From: a virus
Taxonomy: Duplodnaviria > Caudoviricetes
Strand: one strand, 5' to 3'
Virus record (IMG/VR): IMGVR_UViG_3300037493_001856
Span: 1 to 62,362 of that record
DNA length: 62,362 nucleotides
In this document: positions 8,870 to 17,037 of the stretch, one piece after another
Layout: the number at the start of each line of letters is the position of its first letter
How positions within the stretch are numbered: the first letter of the stretch is position 1
Program-made: the position numbers and the translations under genes
Notes under the pieces: model-generated
Databases searched by the model: none
Seen by the model: the letters and a program-made list of their open reading frames with translations, nothing else
Told to the model about the DNA's origin: nothing

Positions 8870-11086
8870 ATGGCATACCTGACCCCTGCACAATTTGCTT
8901 CGCAGTCGCGAAGTCTTGACGATCTGCCGGCTATCCCGAACGCCCCCGGCTTTACCTCCACGATCAAGCGCACCGGTGGCCAGATGCTCGGAGGCATCGG
9001 CGAAGCTTACGGAGACCTGACAGGCAACCGAGCCAACTGGGCGGCGCATACTGCGGAAGACATCATCGCTCGCAACCCGTCAGGGATCAACTCCTTGCAG
9101 GATGTTTGGGACAAGCCCGGGCTTGCGGCGACAGAGGCAGGGGCCAACGCGCTGACGTTCCTCATACCCTACCTTGGTGCAGGCAAGGCGCTGCAGCTGA
9201 TGAACGCAGGGAGGGTGGCGACTACAGCGGCTCAAGCAGCCCTTGCCGGCGTGCCGTCGCTTGGCGAGATTGGTGAATCCCAGCGTGAAACCGGTTCCGA
9301 AAACCTTGCGCTCAAGTACGGTGGCGCAGGACTGGTCGGCCTGATCGAAAACCTCGGCGGTATGCAGCGAATCCTCGGGCCGAAGTACGGCAAGGAGATG
9401 ACAGAAGCTGCCGCGCGCGGCGCTGTGGCTTCGCCACTGAAGACGTTCGGCAAACAGTGGGGCCGGGTTGGATTGGAAGAAGGCGCAGAAGAGCTTGCCC
9501 AGACCCCCATCGAGCAGTTCGCCGGAGGCAAGCCGATGGGCGGAGAAGAGATGGCCCTCGGCGGCGTGATGGGTACGTTGGGAGGCTTGGTACTTGGCCC
9601 GCTCGGCGCTGGAGCCCACCGGTCGCAGGCGTCGAAGCTAACTCGCCAAATCGACGAAGCCCGTGGAGCCCTCGCGGCCCCGCTTGAGTCACTAGATCAG
9701 CTGCCTGTAAAGCAGCAAGCCTCGGACTTCTTGACGAAGGTCACCGCCAACGACTTCGGCGGAGCACGCGCGCTTGAGTTCGCACAGGCCCAGTCGGAAG
9801 CAGCAGTTCAAGATCGTGACGTGCTGTTGGAGAACATCGCCCAGACGAAAGAGGCGGAGGAACTTGCAAAAGCCAAGGACGCAAAGGAGACAGCCGATAT
9901 CGAGGCGATGTACGAGGAGGACGCCCAAAGGAAGGCGCGGCAGACTGAGCTGGTGAAGATGCTTGAGAAGATCAAGACGGACGAAGCAACAGCGCAAACG
10001 GCAGCGGAGTCACGAGCGCAACAAGAACTCGACAATTCGTTCAAGGCGTTGACGTTCTTCCAGAAAATCGAGCAGGACGCCAAGAAAGATCAGGCCGACA
10101 TTGCTCAAGAGAAGCAGGACAACCCGCCGACAGATTTACTTGGGGGCCCGCTGTACTCGCCGCTGTCGCCGCCCACCGGCGCGGAAATGATCCCCGAGGC
10201 TAAAGGCACGGCCACATTCCGAGATTTCGGTAACACCTTCGCGGATGTCAACGACTATGTCAGTACCGGACTGAGCCCGGTGACGGCGCTCGACAGTGTG
10301 TACGCATCACTTCTGGAGAGGTCCGCGCGAGGGTTTGGTACAACAGCGTCTCCGAACCAGTTGCCTTTGTTGGGGCCGAAGGGCGGTGTTGCTCCGGGGC
10401 AAGCAGCGGCAACGCCTGCGAAGGTTACGCCTCGCCAGAAGGTGGCTGTTGCTCAAGCCGCCGGGGCGATTACCGAAGACCAAGCTGTCGACTTGGTGAA
10501 TGATATTGATACCGGAGCAAAACCGCAAGTCGTGCTCGCGCGCCTGCAGGCCGCTCAAACTACTGTCCCTACACCCACCGTCGTACCCACCGTACAGGAG
10601 ACTCAAAATGAACCAAGCCCAGTCGAAGAAAGTCCCGTTCCCGCCCAAGAAGGGCAAGATGCCGTTCCCTCCCAAGAAGAAGCCCTGCCTGAGCTAGCAC
10701 CTTACGCTGCCGGAGCGCAGGCCGCACAAGACGGGCTGATCATCGACACCAACCCCCACCCCGAGGGTAGCGTCGAAGCCGGAGAGTGGGCGCGCGGCTG
10801 GCTCGACACAAAGCATCCAACGGCTAAGTCGAAAGTGGCGAAGAAAGTAGCTGCCCCCGTCCAAGCGCTGGCAGTGCAGGACAGCGAGGCAGACGCTGCA
10901 AAGGCGCTTGCCACTATCTCTGCATTACCGGGGCGGACGCTCGGCAGCAAGAAAGCCAAGGTGCAGATCGAGCTGGAGACGGACGGAGCATTTACTGATA
11001 GCATGGCCCCTGTGACGGCCATTGAATTCACCAACGAAAAAATCAGGGCTTACGAAGCAATGCGTAAAGCCTGTTTGGGAGGGTAA
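8870..11086 (+). CDS. Large internal virion/polyvalent-associated protein
   Basis: EEGAEELAQT and Gly-rich helices typical of injected large proteins. Confidence 0.55.
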   Translation: MAYLTPAQFASQSRSLDDLPAIPNAPGFTSTIKRTGGQMLGGIGEAYGDLTGNRANWAAHTAEDIIARNPSGINSLQDVWDKPGLAATEAGANALTFLIPYLGAGKALQLMNAGRVATTAAQAALAGVPSLGEIGESQRETGSENLALKYGGAGLVGLIENLGGMQRILGPKYGKEMTEAAARGAVASPLKTFGKQWGRVGLEEGAEELAQTPIEQFAGGKPMGGEEMALGGVMGTLGGLVLGPLGAGAHRSQASKLTRQIDEARGALAAPLESLDQLPVKQQASDFLTKVTANDFGGARALEFAQAQSEAAVQDRDVLLENIAQTKEAEELAKAKDAKETADIEAMYEEDAQRKARQTELVKMLEKIKTDEATAQTAAESRAQQELDNSFKALTFFQKIEQDAKKDQADIAQEKQDNPPTDLLGGPLYSPLSPPTGAEMIPEAKGTATFRDFGNTFADVNDYVSTGLSPVTALDSVYASLLERSARGFGTTASPNQLPLLGPKGGVAPGQAAATPAKVTPRQKVAVAQAAGAITEDQAVDLVNDIDTGAKPQVVLARLQAAQTTVPTPTVVPTVQETQNEPSPVEESPVPAQEGQDAVPSQEEALPELAPYAAGAQAAQDGLIIDTNPHPEGSVEAGEWARGWLDTKHPTAKSKVAKKVAAPVQALAVQDSEADAAKALATISALPGRTLGSKKAKVQIELETDGAFTDSMAPVTAIEFTNEKIRAYEAMRKACLGG

Positions 11087-11087
11087 C

Positions 11088-11348
11088 GTGGCGAGACTTG
11101 TTTCGGAAATTCCCCGCCCTGCTGCGCCCCCTCCCCAGAGGGAGGCGGTGTTCGACGCCAACGCGTTTGCTGTGGCAATGGCCTCGGCTATTCGCGACAT
11201 AAAGATACCTTCGCCGCAGGTCACAGTGCAGGCCGCTACCGCGCCTCAAGTAAAAGTCATGCCCTCGGAGGCTCCGCAGCAGTGGACGTTTGTTGTGAAG
11301 AGAGACAAAAACGGCTACATCGCTGAGATAACCGCGAAGGCCGGATAG
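11088..11348 (+). CDS. Hypothetical protein
   Basis: GTG start; W.F.V.RD.NG.I C-terminal motif. Confidence 0.55.
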   Translation: MARLVSEIPRPAAPPPQREAVFDANAFAVAMASAIRDIKIPSPQVTVQAATAPQVKVMPSEAPQQWTFVVKRDKNGYIAEITAKAG

Positions 11349-11608
11349 TGGCACTCAAGACACTTGGCGCACGGACGTTTGCCGCGCTGGCGTTCGGAGC
11401 GCTGACGCTCCACGGAACTGTTACTGTACCGAGCGGGAGCGTAGCCTCTCCGTCGAGCGGCAGCGGGGCAGGAGGCAGAGCCACTCGACAGATCGCTGTC
11501 CAGTCAGCCCCCGAAGAATTCCATGACGCTATACGGCGCGGTAGAATCAAGCAGGAAGACGAAGAGTTGACAGTGCTCGTCACTGCATTTTTAAGGACGA
11601 TGACATGA
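11348..11608 (+). CDS. Hypothetical protein
   Basis: Coupled ORF. Confidence 0.5.
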   Translation: MALKTLGARTFAALAFGALTLHGTVTVPSGSVASPSSGSGAGGRATRQIAVQSAPEEFHDAIRRGRIKQEDEELTVLVTAFLRTMT

Positions 11609-14600
11609 GCTTACGCGCCTGTATTCGCAAACACAAAGGGGTGAATTTCGACGCCCTGATGGCCACTGCAGCTGCCTACCCTGCGGGTACTGAGCAGGAA
11701 CGGTTGCAGCGAGCTACTGACGAAATCATCACCCACTTCCGCAACGAGCGCACAGACATCCTAGCGCAGATATACAAGCAGGCCAAAAAGCCTTTACCCA
11801 AGGAGACCGTAAATGCCCCTCAAGCCCCTGAAGCCGTCGAAAGCCAATCGGCAGAAACGCCCCAAGAAACTGCCGCCGCACCCCTGCCTAACCCGCTAGC
11901 CAAGTACGTCCCGGCGAACCTGTCGGAAAATGTACCTGACGATGTGGTCAAGGTGCTGAACGACATCAAAGGTGCGGACGAGACACCGACTGCTGTACGC
12001 CAAGAAGCGGCGGACTACCTCGACATGATCTTCGACGCCGAGGGCACCGAGTCGTACGGCGATGAGGTCACCGACGCGCGCGCATGGTTGACGGATGTGG
12101 TGGCCAAGCACCAGACCAAGAAGGGCCCGGTACGCACCGTCGTGTCGGCTCCGGCAGGCGCGCCGACGAACAAGAAAGCGAAACAGGGGAGCGTACCGAA
12201 CATCGCGTCTCAGATGGGAGTGACTGCAGAAGACGCCAACGCGCCTGCCATTGAAGAAAAGGTTGTTGTCCAGCCTACGCTGACCGCTGCAGCTGTGACG
12301 CAGATACTCACACCTGAGCAGAAGAAGGACGTCAAGGATTACTACGGCGGCAAGCAGGCGGCTGCGATTGAGTCTCTGGCTGCCGATTACGCTCGGTGGA
12401 AGACTGACCCCCTGACGTTCATCGGTCACCCGATGCGCTCTGTGCTGGAACATATTCGCAAGAAGGCCAGCACGCAGTTCTCGAAGACCGTGCCGAACAC
12501 CCCGGAAGAACGCACGACGGTACAGGCGATTAAGCAGGCGCTGCGCAGCTGGTTCCTCAACCCCGAGCAGGCCGCGTCTCGCCTCGTTGTCGTGCAGAAA
12601 TGGGAAGACCTGTCACAGGCGATACGCGACCGGGTGGCGGAGGCGCAGAAGAGCGTGCTCAAGGTGACGGACTATTCTGGAGACACAGCCTACGTATTCA
12701 GCAATCCCGAACGCGTGCAAGCGCTAAACCTGTTAGCGAAACGTGAGAACCACGATCAAATTCGCGGGTTCATGGACGACTCTGGGCGGATCACACACGT
12801 ATTTCCGTCTGCTGGATTGACTCACGGGCGCGTTGCCAACCAGCTCGGGTTTGCCCAGATACACACCGCTGACGGTAAGAACCACGAGTTTGGTTCCGAC
12901 TACTGGTTCAAGAGTGATCTCGGGGAAATCATGTACCCTGTGTATATCTCAGGCAACGAGCACCAGTTGTCTTGGCACTCGATCATGGGCACCAAAACCG
13001 GTGTGATCCCTGACAGCGCATTCGGCGGAGTGCAGTTCTCCAAGTCCCTCACCAACATCCAAGCCTTCGTACTCGACGGCAAGGGCTACATGATCGCTGA
13101 CAACATCTCCAGCGGTAACGAGATGGCGGTCTTCATGCACGAAATCGGGGCTCACATTGGTCTTGACGGGCAGGAAGCCCAGATCATGGAGCGCGTGAAC
13201 CTGTGGAGAACGTCCCCGGAAGGCTCGACCGAGAAGCGGGTGTTCGACGCCATGCAAGCACGTATGGAAGCCGCTGGAGAGGTCTCGGACAGCGAGAAGG
13301 TAGCCTACGCCGTCGAAGAGGCTGTAAAGGCCGGCGTGACCCCGCGCGAGGTCAAGATGGGTATGAAGTTGTCGGACGTGAAATCGGCCCAAGACCTCGT
13401 GAGCTGGTTCGCCCAGTATTTCAAAGCTGCTGTCGATGCCGTGTTCAAGACGAACACTCGCGGGTTCAACGCGCAACAGCTGGTCGATATGGCCTACGGT
13501 GCTGCTCGCGATGCGATGCAGAACCAAGAAGTCGGCGCTGACGTTACGGCGATGTCAAAGAAAGGCTTCGGCCCGGTCGATGTGATGTCCTCCGCGTTCA
13601 AGCGATGGTTCGGAGACTCGCCGGTTGTTGACGACGCTGGTGAGCCACTACTGGTTTACACAGGCACATCCAAAGACAAGGACTTCACCAAGTTCAACGT
13701 CCCGAAGCGGGGAGTGTGGTTCACGTCGGATCGCGATAGCGCGTCTGGCTACGCCCAAGATAACGAGAGTCGCGGGCTGAAGGCTATTCCGGGGAAGTGG
13801 AATTACGAAGAGGTCAACACCGCCAGCCGAGTGATTCCAGCGTATCTGTCGATCCAGAAGATGTACACGATGACGCCGGAAGACATGAAGGTAATCAACG
13901 TGCCCGGGTACAAGGCGGCGCAAGGACGGTTTTTCGATACCCTGCGGAGTCAAGACTACGACGGCGCGGACTTCGGCGGTGGAGTGTATGTGGTGTTGGG
14001 CTCCCCGACCCAAATCAAATCGTCCGTCAGCAACACCGGGGAGTTCTCGGACACGAACCCTGACATCAAGTTCTCCATCGCCGCCAGCCTCCCCCCGCAG
14101 TTCCGCAACATCGCCGGATCGCGCAGCCTGCAGATTCTCGACCAAGTCCGTGAGGCCGGTACGATCATCGCGAATAACTTCGGGAGCCTGTCGAACATGG
14201 TGCGCCGGATGGAGAAGCAGTTCCCGGCCATCAAGAAGTGGCACGACGTTATTGTGGACATCGCGGAAGCGCGCACGATCCGGGAGCAGGTGGCTGATGA
14301 CATACTGCAGCGCGCCGGACAGCTGAACAACGACACACGCAACACCGTCAACGCGTTCATCTTCGACTCGACGTGGAACCAGAAGTGGGCCTACGACCCG
14401 GGCTTCGAGCGCACCTACGCGGTGGACAAGGACTGGGACGCCAAATTCCCCAGCCGGCGATTCTCTGTAGAAGATCGTGCCAAGGTCAAGTCAGCGTTCG
14501 AGGCGGGCAAGGAAGAGGTCAAGCTGACGGATCAGCCCAAGACGGTCGACCCGGAGTACAAGCGTCGACTGGACGCCATCGCCAAGGCCACCCCCAACGC

Positions 14601-16962
14601 GGCCAAGCTCATCAAGGACATCTTCAAGTCCGGTCACCAGAACCGCGAAGACATGCGCGCGATCATGCGCAAGCTGAAGCTCAACGACTCCATACTGAGG
14701 GTTACCCAGCTGGAGGGGCCCTACGCTCCGTTGCGCCGCTTCGGCAACTACATGGCCGAGGTCAAGTCGAAGCGGGTTCTCGAACTTGAGGCGCTGCTGG
14801 AGAATGCCAAGAAGGACTACGCGACCACCGAGGACGCCAAGACCGACAAGGCGAAGGAAGAGCGCAAGGGGCTCAAGGCTATGCGCGAGGAGCTGGACGG
14901 CCTGCTGCGGGACGGCGACCACTACTCTCTGACGTTCCACGACACGGTCGGCTTGGCCAAGCGCACCGAACGGGAGCTGATGGCTACCAAGAAGTACGCG
15001 GCGTCTTACTCAGGCGAGCGGATCGACGCACCGTACAACAACCAGTCGATGCCACAGGACGTTCTGCAGCGGGTGCTTGGCGAGATAAAGACGCAGCAGC
15101 TTACCGGCGGAGCCACGGAGCAGATTCGTGGTCAGCTTGAGCAGATGGTCAAAGATATGTACCAGCGCACGACGGAGGACCACATGGCCCGCCAGTCGAT
15201 GAAGCCCCGGAAGTACCGGTTTGGTGCTGACCCTGACATGCTCCGCGCGTTCGGTGCGCAGGCTCGCGCTGATGCGATTTTCCTCTCTCACATGGAGCAC
15301 GGCAGCGACCTGACCGAGGCCACCAGCGAGATGTACCAGAAGGCCCGGGCCTCGGATAACGAGCGCATCGTCAGCGCGACGAACACGGCTCTGGCGCACC
15401 AGCGCGCGATGGCGACCTACGAGGAAACCCCGTTCCAAGACACAGTCAAGAGCACCCTGTCGATCTGGCAGCTGGCCCTGAACCCTGCCTATCATGTCCA
15501 GAACGCCACTCAGACGTTCATGAAGTCCCTGCCGATGATCGCCTCGGAGTTCGCCGGAAAGCCGGGAGCGAGCTGGTCTGCGGATTACGCTCAAGCGTGG
15601 AAGCTGGTGCAGGACGGTTACAAGGATTGGAAGACCTTCGTCGAGAAGGGCGAGATCAAGTTCGACAAGATCAAGGACAAGGGTCTGCGCGAGATGATGC
15701 AGCACGCCGCGCGGCGCAACCTGATCGACGTGGGCTTAGTGGATGACTTCCAGCAGTTCGACCAGTTCCAGACCGGGTTTGACTCCATCGACGCCGGCAT
15801 CCGTTACGCTGGCCGGGCCGCGCACAAGGTCCGTCAAATGTCCCGGCACGTCGAGCGCATGAACCGTGTCTCGGCAGCATCTGCTGCGTACAAGATGGCG
15901 ATGGCCAAGGGTGAGAACCAAGCTGACGCCGAGATGTTCGCTATCCGCGTTCTGGAGCAGACGCAGGGGGATAACTCCCGCCTCGACGCCCCGCTCATCA
16001 TCAAGAAGATGCCCAAGATTCTGACGATCTACAAGCGCTACCAGCTCATGGTGGCGGCGCTGTACGTGAAGGCTTTCCACGACGCATTCAAAGGCGAGTC
16101 ACAAGAGATTCGGGCAGTCGGTCGCCGGATGCTGGGCCTGCAGCTGATGCACGCGTTCGCGATGGGCGGCGTGATGGGCCTGCCGCTGATCAATCTGGCC
16201 AAGATTGTGCTACCGATGATTTTCGCCGGCGACGACGAGCCGGACGACGAGGACTGGCTGGACCGCCAGCTGGGCGATGCTGGTGTGCCGAAGTGGATCA
16301 TGAAGGGCGCGCTCCACGAGCTGCTGGGGCTGGATACCGGAGCCAAGCTGGGCGACCAGAACGTGTTCTCGATCTTGCCCTACACCGAACTCAAGATGAC
16401 CAAGCAGGGCGCAGCCGATGTTGCTGTGGGGCTACTCGGGCCGGTCGGCACCGAGGCTATGCGCTGGGCCGATGGTGTGGCGCGAATCAAGGAAGGCGAT
16501 TTCGAGGCGGGCGTGGTCAAGATGCTCCCGCGCGGGGCGTCGAACGCGATCACCTCATGGCAGATGGCCCACGAGGGCATCAAGGTGCGCAACGGCGACG
16601 TACTGGTGCGCCCGGAAGATATCAGCACGATCCAGACCATGCTCGCCGGCTTGGGCCTGCCCTCGGCACAGATCAACGACTTCCGCTGGGTTCAATCTCA
16701 GCAGATCAAGATCAACAAGTTCTACATCGAGGCCGAACGTCAGCTGCGCAAGGACTACATTGATGCGTCCAAGGACGGCGGAGACACCACGGGCATCATC
16801 AGTCAGTGGGAGAACCTGCAAGCAGCCAAGGTGACGATGCGCCCTTACTTCAACGACGAGCCCACCGCTCTCAAGTCCAAGCCCCTGCGCCTGCTGTTTG
16901 AGTCAACGAAGAAACAAGCTGAACGGGAAGCCGAATCGCAAGCACAGTTCGCTACCGAGTAG
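11605..16962 (+). CDS. Large polyvalent protein (metallopeptidase-like + ADP-ribosyltransferase-like + PLxRFG + C-terminal helical domain)
   Basis: HEIGAH; FKRWFGDS.VVD..GEPL.VY.GT; YAPLRRFG; 1785 aa. Confidence 0.75.
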   Translation: MSLRACIRKHKGVNFDALMATAAAYPAGTEQERLQRATDEIITHFRNERTDILAQIYKQAKKPLPKETVNAPQAPEAVESQSAETPQETAAAPLPNPLAKYVPANLSENVPDDVVKVLNDIKGADETPTAVRQEAADYLDMIFDAEGTESYGDEVTDARAWLTDVVAKHQTKKGPVRTVVSAPAGAPTNKKAKQGSVPNIASQMGVTAEDANAPAIEEKVVVQPTLTAAAVTQILTPEQKKDVKDYYGGKQAAAIESLAADYARWKTDPLTFIGHPMRSVLEHIRKKASTQFSKTVPNTPEERTTVQAIKQALRSWFLNPEQAASRLVVVQKWEDLSQAIRDRVAEAQKSVLKVTDYSGDTAYVFSNPERVQALNLLAKRENHDQIRGFMDDSGRITHVFPSAGLTHGRVANQLGFAQIHTADGKNHEFGSDYWFKSDLGEIMYPVYISGNEHQLSWHSIMGTKTGVIPDSAFGGVQFSKSLTNIQAFVLDGKGYMIADNISSGNEMAVFMHEIGAHIGLDGQEAQIMERVNLWRTSPEGSTEKRVFDAMQARMEAAGEVSDSEKVAYAVEEAVKAGVTPREVKMGMKLSDVKSAQDLVSWFAQYFKAAVDAVFKTNTRGFNAQQLVDMAYGAARDAMQNQEVGADVTAMSKKGFGPVDVMSSAFKRWFGDSPVVDDAGEPLLVYTGTSKDKDFTKFNVPKRGVWFTSDRDSASGYAQDNESRGLKAIPGKWNYEEVNTASRVIPAYLSIQKMYTMTPEDMKVINVPGYKAAQGRFFDTLRSQDYDGADFGGGVYVVLGSPTQIKSSVSNTGEFSDTNPDIKFSIAASLPPQFRNIAGSRSLQILDQVREAGTIIANNFGSLSNMVRRMEKQFPAIKKWHDVIVDIAEARTIREQVADDILQRAGQLNNDTRNTVNAFIFDSTWNQKWAYDPGFERTYAVDKDWDAKFPSRRFSVEDRAKVKSAFEAGKEEVKLTDQPKTVDPEYKRRLDAIAKATPNAAKLIKDIFKSGHQNREDMRAIMRKLKLNDSILRVTQLEGPYAPLRRFGNYMAEVKSKRVLELEALLENAKKDYATTEDAKTDKAKEERKGLKAMREELDGLLRDGDHYSLTFHDTVGLAKRTERELMATKKYAASYSGERIDAPYNNQSMPQDVLQRVLGEIKTQQLTGGATEQIRGQLEQMVKDMYQRTTEDHMARQSMKPRKYRFGADPDMLRAFGAQARADAIFLSHMEHGSDLTEATSEMYQKARASDNERIVSATNTALAHQRAMATYEETPFQDTVKSTLSIWQLALNPAYHVQNATQTFMKSLPMIASEFAGKPGASWSADYAQAWKLVQDGYKDWKTFVEKGEIKFDKIKDKGLREMMQHAARRNLIDVGLVDDFQQFDQFQTGFDSIDAGIRYAGRAAHKVRQMSRHVERMNRVSAASAAYKMAMAKGENQADAEMFAIRVLEQTQGDNSRLDAPLIIKKMPKILTIYKRYQLMVAALYVKAFHDAFKGESQEIRAVGRRMLGLQLMHAFAMGGVMGLPLINLAKIVLPMIFAGDDEPDDEDWLDRQLGDAGVPKWIMKGALHELLGLDTGAKLGDQNVFSILPYTELKMTKQGAADVAVGLLGPVGTEAMRWADGVARIKEGDFEAGVVKMLPRGASNAITSWQMAHEGIKVRNGDVLVRPEDISTIQTMLAGLGLPSAQINDFRWVQSQQIKINKFYIEAERQLRKDYIDASKDGGDTTGIISQWENLQAAKVTMRPYFNDEPTALKSKPLRLLFESTKKQAEREAESQAQFATE

Positions 16963-17003
16963 TGTAGACTGTATCTACCTCCTCGGGCCTCCCGGCCCGC
17001 TTA

Positions 17004-17037
17004 CCCCCGGTGAGCCTCGCTCCCGGGGGATATTTTT
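17004..17037 (+). terminator. Hairpin terminator between the convergent arms
   Basis: CCCCCGG.GAGC-ctc-GCTC-CCGGGGG followed by ATATTTTT. Confidence 0.6.
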
